A stretch of 64,000 nt of DNA from Escherichia coli (GTDB taxonomy: Bacteria; Pseudomonadota; Gammaproteobacteria; Enterobacterales; Enterobacteriaceae): assembly GCF_029227855.1 (NCBI RefSeq), contig NZ_CP074356.1, one strand, 5' to 3'. This document shows, piece by piece, positions 41,124-50,700 of the stretch (the stretch's first letter is position 1; each line of letters begins with the position of its first letter). Below the pieces are notes generated by a model. The model searched no databases. It saw only the letters and a program-made list of their open reading frames with translations, and had not been told where the DNA came from. The position numbers and the translations under genes were made by a program.

Positions 41124-43361
41124 GTGGACTGGCTTCTTGATGTTTTTGCTACCTGGCTCTACGGCTTAAAAGTAATCGCGATAACGTTAGCGGTCATCAT
41201 GTTCATCAGCGGGCTGGACGATTTTTTTATTGATGTCGTCTACTGGGTACGCCGCATTAAACGCAAGTTGAGTGTTTATCGCCGCTACCCGCGAATGAGT
41301 TACCGCGAACTGTATAAACCAGATGAAAAACCGTTAGCGATTATGGTTCCGGCGTGGAATGAAACGGGCGTCATCGGCAATATGGCCGAGCTGGCGGCGA
41401 CCACGCTCGACTATGAAAACTATCATATCTTTGTTGGCACCTACCCCAACGACCCCGATACACAGCGTGATGTTGACGAAGTGTGCGCTCGCTTCCCGAA
41501 CGTGCATAAGGTAGTCTGCGCGCGTCCTGGCCCCACCAGCAAAGCCGACTGCCTGAACAACGTGCTGGACGCCATCACCCAGTTTGAGCGTAGCGCCAAT
41601 TTCGCTTTTGCTGGTTTTATTCTGCATGACGCCGAAGACGTAATTTCACCGATGGAATTGCGTCTGTTCAACTATCTGGTCGAGCGTAAAGATCTGATTC
41701 AGATCCCGGTGTATCCGTTCGAACGCGAATGGACGCACTTCACCAGCATGACTTACATTGATGAGTTTTCAGAACTGCATGGCAAAGATGTTCCGGTGCG
41801 TGAAGCCCTCGCCGGACAAGTGCCCAGCGCAGGCGTCGGTACCTGTTTCAGCCGCCGCGCCGTGACCGCACTGTTAGCTGACGGTGACGGTATTGCTTTC
41901 GACGTGCAGAGTCTTACTGAAGATTACGACATTGGTTTCCGCCTGAAAGAAAAAGGTATGACGGAAATTTTTGTCCGTTTTCCGGTGGTGGACGAAGCCA
42001 AAGAACGCGAGCAGCGTAAATTTTTACAGCACGCGCGGACGTCAAACATGATCTGCGTGCGCGAATATTTCCCTGATACCTTTTCGACTGCGGTTCGACA
42101 AAAATCTCGCTGGATCATCGGCATTGTTTTCCAGGGCTTTAAAACCCACAAATGGACCTCCAGCCTGACGCTGAACTACTTTCTCTGGCGCGACCGCAAA
42201 GGGGCAATCAGTAACTTTGTCAGCTTTCTCGCGATGCTGGTGATGATCCAGCTTCTGCTGTTACTGGCGTATGAAAGTTTGTGGCCCGATGCCTGGCATT
42301 TCCTTTCTATTTTCAGCGGCAGCGCATGGTTAATGACCCTGCTGTGGCTAAACTTTGGTTTGATGGTTAACCGCATCGTGCAGCGGGTGATTTTTGTCAC
42401 TGGCTACTACGGTCTGACGCAGGGGCTGCTATCTGTCCTGCGTCTTTTCTGGGGCAACCTGATTAACTTCATGGCCAACTGGCGCGCGTTAAAACAGGTA
42501 CTTCAACACGGCGATCCACGTCGTGTCGCGTGGGATAAAACAACGCATGACTTCCCCAGCGTGACTGGCGATACCCGCTCGTTGCGCCCGTTAGGCCAAA
42601 TTCTGCTGGAAAATCAGGTCATCACTGAAGAACAACTCGATACAGCACTGCGTAATCGCGTCGAAGGTCTACGCCTGGGCGGTTCAATGCTGATGCAGGG
42701 GCTGATTAGCGCCGAACAGCTGGCACAGGCGCTGGCAGAGCAAAACGGCGTGGCGTGGGAATCCATCGACGCCTGGCAGATCCCGTCCTCGCTGATTGCC
42801 GAAATGCCGGCCTCCGTGGCGCTGCATTATGCAGTGCTGCCGCTGCGTCTGGAAAATGATGAGTTAATTGTCGGCAGTGAAGATGGTATTGACCCGGTTT
42901 CGCTGGCGGCCCTGACGCGTAAAGTCGGACGCAAAGTGCGTTACGTCATTGTTCTGCGGGGACAAATTGTCACGGGGTTACGCCACTGGTATGCGCGCCG
43001 ACGCGGTCACGATCCGCGGGCAATGTTGTACAATGCGGTTCAGCATCAGTGGCTCACGGAACAGCAGGCCGGTGAAATCTGGCGGCAATATGTGCCGCAT
43101 CAGTTCCTGTTCGCCGAAATACTGACCACGCTCGGTCATATTAATCGTTCAGCAATTAACGTGTTGTTATTGCGCCATGAACGCAGTTCTCTGCCGCTCG
43201 GCAAGTTTTTGGTCACCGAAGGCGTTATCAGCCAGGAAACGTTGGATCGCGTCCTGACAATTCAACGCGAATTACAAGTTTCGATGCAATCACTATTACT
43301 CAAAGCAGGTTTAAATACAGAACAGGTTGCGCAACTGGAGTCCGAAAATGAAGGAGAATAA
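41124..43361 (+). CDS. nfrB: NfrB, phage N4 adsorption protein B (family-2 glycosyltransferase with C-terminal c-di-GMP-binding domain)
   Basis: 745-aa product MDWLLDVFATWLYGLKVIAITLAVIMF...; GTG start. Confidence 0.93.
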   Translation: MDWLLDVFATWLYGLKVIAITLAVIMFISGLDDFFIDVVYWVRRIKRKLSVYRRYPRMSYRELYKPDEKPLAIMVPAWNETGVIGNMAELAATTLDYENYHIFVGTYPNDPDTQRDVDEVCARFPNVHKVVCARPGPTSKADCLNNVLDAITQFERSANFAFAGFILHDAEDVISPMELRLFNYLVERKDLIQIPVYPFEREWTHFTSMTYIDEFSELHGKDVPVREALAGQVPSAGVGTCFSRRAVTALLADGDGIAFDVQSLTEDYDIGFRLKEKGMTEIFVRFPVVDEAKEREQRKFLQHARTSNMICVREYFPDTFSTAVRQKSRWIIGIVFQGFKTHKWTSSLTLNYFLWRDRKGAISNFVSFLAMLVMIQLLLLLAYESLWPDAWHFLSIFSGSAWLMTLLWLNFGLMVNRIVQRVIFVTGYYGLTQGLLSVLRLFWGNLINFMANWRALKQVLQHGDPRRVAWDKTTHDFPSVTGDTRSLRPLGQILLENQVITEEQLDTALRNRVEGLRLGGSMLMQGLISAEQLAQALAEQNGVAWESIDAWQIPSSLIAEMPASVALHYAVLPLRLENDELIVGSEDGIDPVSLAALTRKVGRKVRYVIVLRGQIVTGLRHWYARRRGHDPRAMLYNAVQHQWLTEQQAGEIWRQYVPHQFLFAEILTTLGHINRSAINVLLLRHERSSLPLGKFLVTEGVISQETLDRVLTIQRELQVSMQSLLLKAGLNTEQVAQLESENEGE

Positions 43362-46320
43362 CCTTAATCGCGTCATCGGATGGTCTGGTTTACTGCTGAC
43401 GTCTTTATTGAGTACCAGCGCACTCGCAGACAATATCGGCACCAGCGCAGAAGAGCTGGGGCTGAGCGATTATCGCCATTTTGTTATTTATCCCCGTCTC
43501 GACAAGGCGCTGAAGGCACAGAAAAATAACGACGAAGCAACCGCCATCCGCGAATTTGAATATATACACCAGCAGGTGCCGGATAATATTCCGCTAACTT
43601 TATACCTTGCGGAAGCCTATCGCCATTTTGGTCATGATGACCGGGCGCGGCTGTTGCTTGAGGATCAACTGAAACGTCACCCAGGAGATGCCCGACTTGA
43701 GCGCAGTCTGGCGGCTATTCCAGTTGAAGTGAAAAGCGTTACGACTGTTGAAGAACTGCTTGCCCAGCAAAAAGCGTGCGATGCTGCGCCGACCCTGCGT
43801 TGTCGCAGTGAAGTTGGGCAGAATGCCCTGCGGCTGGCACAATTACCTGTCGCCAGAGCGCAACTGAACGATGCGACGTTTGCTGCATCGCCGGAAGGAA
43901 AAACGCTGCGAACCGATCTGCTGCAACGGGCAATCTACCTGAAGCAATGGTCCCAGGCAGATACGCTATACAATGAAGCACGCCAGCAGAACACATTAAG
44001 CGCGGCAGAACGCCGCCAGTGGTTTGATGTGCTTCTTGCCGGGCAGCTGGACGATCGGATCCTGGCGCTGCAATCACAGGGGATCTTCACCGATCCGCAG
44101 TCATATATTACTTACGCGACCGCGCTGGCTTATCGTGACGAAAAAGCACGCCTCCAGCGTTATCTCATTGAAAATACGCCGCTATTTACCACGGACGCAC
44201 AAGAGAAAAGTTGGCTCTATCTGTTATCTAAATACAGCGGCAACCCCGTTCAGGCGTTGGCGAATTATACGGTACAGTTTGCCGATAACCGCCAGTATGT
44301 TGTTGGCGCGACGCTACCGGTGCTGTTAAAAGAAGGTCAGTACGACGCAGCGCAAAAACTGCTCGCCACCCTCCCCGCCAATGAAATGCTTGAGGAGCGT
44401 TATACCGTTAGCGTGGCGACCCGTAACAAGGCTGAAGCTCTGCGTCTGGCACGATTGCTGTATCAGCAAGAACCGGCAAATCTTACCCGCCTGGATCAAC
44501 TGACCTGGCAACTGATGCAGAACGAGCAGTCACGCGAAGTTGCCGATTTATTGCTGCAACGCTATCCTTTCCAGGGCGATGCGCGTGTCAGCCAGACTTT
44601 AATGGCGCGACTGGCGTCTCTGCTGGAAAGTCATCCTTACCTGGCAACTCCGGCGAAGGTGGCGATTTTATCGAAACCCTTACCGCTGGCGGAGCAACGT
44701 CAGTGGCAAAGTCAGTTGCCGGGTATTGCAGATAATTGCCCGGCAATAGTTCGCTTGCTGGGCGATATGTCGCCTTCCTACGATGCCACCGCCTGGAACC
44801 GTCTGGCAAAGTGTTATCGGGACACGCTACCCGGTGTGGCGTTGTATGCATGGCTTCAGGCCGAACAACGACAACCGAACGCCTGGCAACATCGTGCGGT
44901 AGCCTATCAGGCGTATCAGGTTGAGGACTACGCCACCGCACTGGCGGCCTGGCAGAAAATCAGTCTTCACGACATGAGCAATGAGGATCTGCTTGCTGCT
45001 GCCAATACCGCCCAGGCGGCAGGAAATGGTGCGGCTCGCGATCGCTGGCTTCAGCAGGCAGAACAACGTGGGCTGGGAAACAATGCCCTCTACTGGTGGC
45101 TGCATGCGCAACGTTACATTCCTGGTCAGCCGGAACTCGCACTGAACGATCTCACGCGCTCAATCAATATTGAGCCTTCTGCCAACGCTTACGTTGCGCG
45201 GGCGACAATTTATCGCCAACGTCATAATGTCCCGGCGGCGGTGAGTGATTTGCGCGCCGCGCTGGAACTGGAACCGAATAATAGCAACACCCAGGCAGCG
45301 CTCGGTTACGCCTTGTGGGATAGCGGTGATATCGCACAGTCGCGGGAAATGCTCGAACAGGCGCATAAAGGGCTACCGGACGATCCGGCACTTATCCGAC
45401 AACTGGCCTACGTGAACCAGCGTCTGGATGACATGCCTGCGACGCAGCACTACGCCCGGCTGGTGATTGATGACATTGATAATCAGGCGCTGATAACCCC
45501 ACTGACCCCAGAGCAAAATCAGCAACGCTTCAATTTCCGCCGTCTGCATGAGGAGGTCGGTCGCCGCTGGACGTTCAGTTTCGATTCTTCTATCGGCTTG
45601 CGTTCCGGCGCAATGAGTACCGCTAACAATAATGTCGGCGGCGCAGCGCCAGGGAAAAGCTATCGTAGCTATGGGCAACTGGAAGCCGAGTACCGCATCG
45701 GACGCAATATGCTGCTGGAAGGCGACCTGCTCTCAGTTTATAGCCGCGTCTTTGCCGATACCGGAGAAAACGGGGTGATGATGCCGGTGAAAAATCCGAT
45801 GTCCGGCACCGGTCTGCGCTGGAAGCCGCTGCGCGATCAGATCTTTTTCCTCGCCGTCGAACAGCAGTTGCCGCTGAACGGGCAAAATGGCGCATCCGAT
45901 ACCATGCTGCGCGCCAGCGCCTCATTCTTTAATGGCGGCAAATACAGCGACGAATGGCACCCGAACGGTTCAGGCTGGTTTGCCCAAAACCTGTACCTCG
46001 ATGCGGCGCAATATGTCCGCCAGGATATTCAGGCGTGGACGGCAGATTATCGCGTAAGCTGGCATCAGAAGGTGGCGAACGGACAGACTATTGAGCCTTA
46101 CGCTCACGTTCAGGACAACGGTTATCGTGATAAAGGCACTCAGGGCGCGCAGCTTGGCGGTGTCGGGGTCCGCTGGAATATCTGGACCGGCGAGACGCAC
46201 TACGACGCCTGGCCGCACAAAGTCAGTCTCGGCGTCGAATATCAACATACCTTTAAGGCGATTAATCAACGTAACGGAGAGCGCAACAACGCGTTTCTCA
46301 CCATTGGAGTGCACTGGTAA
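43348..46320 (+). CDS. nfrA: NfrA, outer-membrane phage N4 receptor (TPR plus beta-barrel)
   Basis: 990-aa product MKENNLNRVIGWSGLLLTSLLSTSALA...; overlaps the nfrB 3' end by 14 bp. Confidence 0.93.
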   Translation: MKENNLNRVIGWSGLLLTSLLSTSALADNIGTSAEELGLSDYRHFVIYPRLDKALKAQKNNDEATAIREFEYIHQQVPDNIPLTLYLAEAYRHFGHDDRARLLLEDQLKRHPGDARLERSLAAIPVEVKSVTTVEELLAQQKACDAAPTLRCRSEVGQNALRLAQLPVARAQLNDATFAASPEGKTLRTDLLQRAIYLKQWSQADTLYNEARQQNTLSAAERRQWFDVLLAGQLDDRILALQSQGIFTDPQSYITYATALAYRDEKARLQRYLIENTPLFTTDAQEKSWLYLLSKYSGNPVQALANYTVQFADNRQYVVGATLPVLLKEGQYDAAQKLLATLPANEMLEERYTVSVATRNKAEALRLARLLYQQEPANLTRLDQLTWQLMQNEQSREVADLLLQRYPFQGDARVSQTLMARLASLLESHPYLATPAKVAILSKPLPLAEQRQWQSQLPGIADNCPAIVRLLGDMSPSYDATAWNRLAKCYRDTLPGVALYAWLQAEQRQPNAWQHRAVAYQAYQVEDYATALAAWQKISLHDMSNEDLLAAANTAQAAGNGAARDRWLQQAEQRGLGNNALYWWLHAQRYIPGQPELALNDLTRSINIEPSANAYVARATIYRQRHNVPAAVSDLRAALELEPNNSNTQAALGYALWDSGDIAQSREMLEQAHKGLPDDPALIRQLAYVNQRLDDMPATQHYARLVIDDIDNQALITPLTPEQNQQRFNFRRLHEEVGRRWTFSFDSSIGLRSGAMSTANNNVGGAAPGKSYRSYGQLEAEYRIGRNMLLEGDLLSVYSRVFADTGENGVMMPVKNPMSGTGLRWKPLRDQIFFLAVEQQLPLNGQNGASDTMLRASASFFNGGKYSDEWHPNGSGWFAQNLYLDAAQYVRQDIQAWTADYRVSWHQKVANGQTIEPYAHVQDNGYRDKGTQGAQLGGVGVRWNIWTGETHYDAWPHKVSLGVEYQHTFKAINQRNGERNNAFLTIGVHW

Positions 46321-47211
46321 ATGCGTAAGTTCATTTTCGTATTGCTGACACTGCTTTTGGTCAGCCCTTTTTCCTTTGCGATGAAAGGTATTATCTGGCA
46401 ACCACAAAACCGTGATAGTCAGGTTACCGATACCCAGTGGCAGGGGCTGATGAGTCAGTTACGTTTGCAAGGCTTCGATACCCTGGTTTTGCAATGGACC
46501 CGTTACGGCGATGCATTCACCCAGCCAGAACAGCGCGCGTTATTGTTTAAGCGTGCAGCAGCTGCGCAACAGACTGGCCTGAAGCTGATTGTCGGGCTGA
46601 ATGCCGATCCGGAATTTTTTATGCACCAGAAACAGTCATCCGCGGCGCTGGAAAGCTATCTTAATCGCCTGCTGGCTGCCGATCTCCAGCAAGCCAGATT
46701 ATGGAGCGCCGCGCCTGGCGTAACGCCGGATGGCTGGTACATCAGCGCGGAAATTGACGACCTGAACTGGCGCAGCGAAGCCGCCCGTCAACCGTTGCTG
46801 ACATGGTTAAACAACGCGCAGCGGTTGATTAGCGATGTTTCAGCAAAACCGGTTTATATCAGTAGTTTTTTCGCCGGAAACATGTCGCCAGATGGCTATC
46901 GCCAACTGCTGGAACAAGTTAAAACAACCGGCGTTAATGTCTGGGTACAGGATGGCAGCGGCGTGAATAAACTTACCGCTGAACAGCGTGAACGTTATCT
47001 ACAGGCCAGCGCCGATTGCCAAAGTTCCGCCCCTGCCAGCGGCATTGTTTATGAACTGTTTGTCGCCGGCAAAGGCAAAACCTTTACAGCGAAACCGAAA
47101 CCGAATGCAGAGATCGCCTCGCTGTTAGCGAAACGTTCCTCTTGCGGTAAAGACACGCTCTATTTCTCTCTGCGCTATTTGCCCGTCGCACACGGCATTC
47201 TCGAGTATTAA
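46321..47211 (+). CDS. ybcH: YbcH, uncharacterized secreted protein co-transcribed with nfrA
   Basis: 296-aa ORF with signal peptide MRKFIFVLLTLLLVSPFSFA; starts at the base after the nfrA stop. Confidence 0.88.
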   Translation: MRKFIFVLLTLLLVSPFSFAMKGIIWQPQNRDSQVTDTQWQGLMSQLRLQGFDTLVLQWTRYGDAFTQPEQRALLFKRAAAAQQTGLKLIVGLNADPEFFMHQKQSSAALESYLNRLLAADLQQARLWSAAPGVTPDGWYISAEIDDLNWRSEAARQPLLTWLNNAQRLISDVSAKPVYISSFFAGNMSPDGYRQLLEQVKTTGVNVWVQDGSGVNKLTAEQRERYLQASADCQSSAPASGIVYELFVAGKGKTFTAKPKPNAEIASLLAKRSSCGKDTLYFSLRYLPVAHGILEY

Positions 47212-47393
47212 ATCCCCTCCAGGTAAGTCGGGTACGACCTGGCTTACCTCTTTCGCTCTCGTCAGAATTCCATCAAGATTAATTGCTAAAAAGCGTGCTA
47301 AAGAAAGAAGATCGTTATCGGCGAACGGGCCGATCACTCATGCAGGAAGCATAGATCCTTTGAGCGGAGTTTCTGATATCTGAGGAGTGCGAA

Positions 47394-48155
47394 ATGCAAT
47401 TGAGCAGCAGTGAACCTTGCGTGGTGATCCTGACCGAAAAAGAGGTAGAGGTAAGCGTTAATAACCATGCCACGTTTACCCTTCCGAAAAATTACCTGGC
47501 CGCCTTCGCGTGCAACAATAACGTCATTGAACTCTCAACGTTAAATCACGTATTAATCACCCACATCAACCGCAACATCATCAACGATTATCTGTTGTTT
47601 TTAAATAAGAACTTAACCTGCGTAAAGCCCTGGTCGCGGCTGGCTACCCCGGTTATCGCTTGTCATAGCCGTACACCGGAAGTGTTCCGGCTAGCCGCCA
47701 ACCACAGCAAGCAGCAACCCAGCAAACCCTGCGAAGCGGAGTTGACGCGCGCATTGCTTTTTACCGTATTGTCTAACTTTCTTGAGCAATCGCGGTTTAT
47801 TGCCCTACTGATGTATATCTTACGCAGCAGCGTCCGCGACAGCGTCTGCCGCATTATTCAAAGCGATATTCAGCATTACTGGAATCTGCGAATTGTCGCC
47901 AGTTCGCTATGTTTAAGCCCCAGCCTGCTCAAAAAGAAATTAAAAAACGAAAATACCAGCTATAGCCAGATTGTCACAGAGTGTCGTATGCGTTACGCCG
48001 TACAGATGTTATTGATGGATAACAAAAATATCACTCAGGTAGCGCAATTATGTGGCTATAGCAGCACGTCGTACTTTATCTCTGTTTTTAAGGCGTTTTA
48101 CGGCCTGACACCGTTGAATTATCTCGCCAAACAGCGACAAAAAGTGATGTGGTGA
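47394..48155 (+). CDS. envY: AraC-family transcriptional regulator EnvY
   Basis: 253-aa ORF MQLSSSEPCVVILTEKEVE... with C-terminal AraC-type helix-turn-helix. Confidence 0.9.
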   Translation: MQLSSSEPCVVILTEKEVEVSVNNHATFTLPKNYLAAFACNNNVIELSTLNHVLITHINRNIINDYLLFLNKNLTCVKPWSRLATPVIACHSRTPEVFRLAANHSKQQPSKPCEAELTRALLFTVLSNFLEQSRFIALLMYILRSSVRDSVCRIIQSDIQHYWNLRIVASSLCLSPSLLKKKLKNENTSYSQIVTECRMRYAVQMLLMDNKNITQVAQLCGYSSTSYFISVFKAFYGLTPLNYLAKQRQKVMW

Positions 48156-48200
48156 AGGGCAAAGCGGAAACGGATAAGACGGGGATAAATGAAGAAGAAA

Positions 48201-48277
48201 TGGCGCGCCCTGCAGGATTCGAACCTGCGGCCCACGACTTAGAAGGTCGTTGCTCTATCCAACTGAGCTAAGGGCGC
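48201..48277 (-). tRNA. argU: tRNA-Arg (anticodon UCU), argU
   Basis: Reverse complement reads GCGCCCTTAGCTCAGTTGGATAGAGCAACGACCTTCTAAGTCGTGGGCCGCAGGTTCGAATCCTGCAGGGCGCGCCA; cloverleaf with TCT anticodon and CCA end. Confidence 0.95.
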
Positions 48278-48519
48278 GTTGATACCGCAATGCGGTGTAA
48301 TCGCGTGAATTATACGGTCAACCCTTGCTGAGTCAATGGCTTTTGATCTGGTTGCTGAACAAGTGAACGACCGCGTCTGATTTTCTGATTTATTTCGCTA
48401 TAGCGGCAAACAAACGCACATTGCTGCGCGTCTGAATCAAGAAAACCCGTATTTTTATGTATCAAAGTACAATTTCCCGCCCTAACGGAAAATTGTCCGA
48501 TCCAATGAGACTGGTAACT

Positions 48520-49152
48520 ATGAAACCAACGTCGGTGATCATTATGGATACTCATCCTATCATCAGAATGTCTATTGAAGTTCTGTTGCAAAAAAACAAT
48601 GAATTGCAAATTGTCCTGAAAACGGATGATTATCGCATAACCATCGATTATCTCCGAACCCGTCCTGTTGATTTAATCATTATGGATATAGACTTGCCCG
48701 GAACAGACGGTTTTACCTTCCTGAAAAGGATCAAACAAATCCAGAGCACAGTGAAAGTATTATTTTTATCATCGAAATCAGAATGCTTTTATGCTGGCAG
48801 AGCGATACAAGCTGGTGCTAACGGTTTTGTCAGTAAATGCAATGATCAGAATGATATTTTTCATGCCGTTCAGATGATCCTCTCCGGATACACTTTTTTT
48901 CCCAGCGAAACGCTCAACTATATAAAAAGCAATAAATGCAGTACGAATAGTTCAACGGTCACGGTGCTATCTAATCGTGAAGTGACCATATTACGTTATC
49001 TGGTTAGCGGATTATCCAATAAAGAAATTGCCGATAAGTTATTACTTAGCAATAAAACAGTTAGTGCGCATAAATATAATATTTATGGCAAGCTAGGTTT
49101 GCATTCAATTGTAGAGCTTATCGACTACGCCAAATTATATGAATTAATATAA
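48520..49152 (+). CDS. fimZ: Fimbrial response regulator FimZ (LuxR/NarL family)
   Basis: 210-aa product MKPTSVIIMDTHPIIRMSIEVLL...; the ORF-track start at 48457 is an upstream extension. Confidence 0.92.
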   Translation: MKPTSVIIMDTHPIIRMSIEVLLQKNNELQIVLKTDDYRITIDYLRTRPVDLIIMDIDLPGTDGFTFLKRIKQIQSTVKVLFLSSKSECFYAGRAIQAGANGFVSKCNDQNDIFHAVQMILSGYTFFPSETLNYIKSNKCSTNSSTVTVLSNREVTILRYLVSGLSNKEIADKLLLSNKTVSAHKYNIYGKLGLHSIVELIDYAKLYELI

Positions 49153-49154
49153 TA

Positions 49155-49670
49155 TTAATTGTAATTGATCATAAATATCGCATCCGCTTTCGCCACACCT
49201 GGCTGAACACCGCTGGCTAACGCTCGATAATTGGCAAAAAAGTTTAGTGTGACATTGCCATTTGCATCTACTTCCTCAGTCGGACTCGCCTCCCCCAGTG
49301 CGAGCCGGGAGCGATCGCTATTACGTAATTCGATGGCGACGGTTTGTGCCATTGCGGGATCATCCAGAGCCAGCAGATTGGTATCGGATGCCGGCGTTCC
49401 CGTAAATAAAATCGCGACTGAACCCGGAGGACATCCCTCCAGCCGCAGGCTAAAAGGGACGAGTGCCGTGGTATCGCCAGCGGTCAGTAGTTGTGTCGTA
49501 GGCCATCTGCCTAAATCTACCGTCTTATCAATATCCGCTGTGTTTACGGTACAGGAGAAATCAACAACGTTACCGTGCAAATTGATATTAATCGTTCCTA
49601 AAGGGTCAACTGCCCATCCACTGGAACTCCACAGTAGCCCGCAGAAACAGCTAAAGAGCACTCTTCTCAT
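49155..49670 (-). CDS. sfmF: Fimbrial-like minor subunit SfmF
   Basis: 171-aa product MRRVLFSCFCGLLWSSSGWA...; convergent with fimZ. Confidence 0.88.
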   Translation of the reverse strand: MRRVLFSCFCGLLWSSSGWAVDPLGTININLHGNVVDFSCTVNTADIDKTVDLGRWPTTQLLTAGDTTALVPFSLRLEGCPPGSVAILFTGTPASDTNLLALDDPAMAQTVAIELRNSDRSRLALGEASPTEEVDANGNVTLNFFANYRALASGVQPGVAKADAIFMINYN

Positions 49671-49680
49671 TCTCCGTACC

Positions 49681-50688
49681 TCATTGATAATCGACGCGTA
49701 AATACCCCAGCGCGCTAAACGGCCCTTCGGTCGGTTTTTGACCGGTAATACTGATAGGCCAGGCGCGAAGTGTGACATTGGCTGCCGCAGCTGCATCCAG
49801 ACGGAAAGGAATAACGCTATTGAGATCGTTAGGCGTGATCGGCGTATCGTTCTGATCGGCCACAATAAAACCTAAATCCTGATTGTCCGACACCATCGCC
49901 TGACCAGAAACGGCACTGGCTTCCAGACGCATTGTTAAATAAGCCTGCGCAGCAACATTCGTACATTTGATCGCAATGCTCTTGGTTTGCGGCATGACAC
50001 CAGCTGGTCGATTCCCCGGCCCTGCCGCACTAAATAACGATGCGCCGATATCACCAAAATCAAATTCAACAATTTGCCCGGCATTTAATTCGCAGTTTTG
50101 CGGTACTTCAACCCGGCCACCAAAACTAATGGTATAAACAGGTGTAACCAACGGATCGTTAGGCGTTGATGTCACATACACGGTAAACATCACCTGTCTG
50201 GGGATCTCCACCATGTTAATAAAGGGACGAATAACCTTTAAACGAAATATCAAACGAGAATCCATCACCCCGAACGGAAGGTTTTGCGAAACGTTAGGAT
50301 CTGTTCCCATACGAATATAATTTTGCGGAGGGAATTGAATATCCATCACGCTATCAACCAGACTCATCGCACCTAATAGATAATCATTTAATTGCATATA
50401 TTTATAATTATCGATAGTTTCCTGAACAATAAAGTTAGTGACATAACTACGGTATGTATAATTCACCAGCGTGCCGGGTGGACAAATTGCTGACACACCT
50501 ACCCAGCCGGATTTTTCCGGTAAAACAACAATCTGGCCTGGCTGGTTATTGGTGCTATTAAAGACATTTGAGAGATCATAGTGTTCATCTTCTGCTACGC
50601 CAGTACTATTTGCACAAACAGTAGCCCAGGATATGTTTGCCAGACACAAACATGCCATTGCCAATAATAATCTGCAGATTATCTTCAT
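49681..50688 (-). CDS. sfmH: Fimbrial adhesin-like protein SfmH
   Basis: 335-aa ORF MKIICRLLLAMACLCLANISWA... Confidence 0.88.
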   Translation of the reverse strand: MKIICRLLLAMACLCLANISWATVCANSTGVAEDEHYDLSNVFNSTNNQPGQIVVLPEKSGWVGVSAICPPGTLVNYTYRSYVTNFIVQETIDNYKYMQLNDYLLGAMSLVDSVMDIQFPPQNYIRMGTDPNVSQNLPFGVMDSRLIFRLKVIRPFINMVEIPRQVMFTVYVTSTPNDPLVTPVYTISFGGRVEVPQNCELNAGQIVEFDFGDIGASLFSAAGPGNRPAGVMPQTKSIAIKCTNVAAQAYLTMRLEASAVSGQAMVSDNQDLGFIVADQNDTPITPNDLNSVIPFRLDAAAAANVTLRAWPISITGQKPTEGPFSALGYLRVDYQ

Positions 50689-50700
50689 TGATAATTTCCT

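Noticed and set aside
48156-48200. DLP12 prophage integrase or att remnants next to argU
   Set aside because: Only 45 bp separate argU from envY and there is no integrase ORF; the site appears unoccupied.
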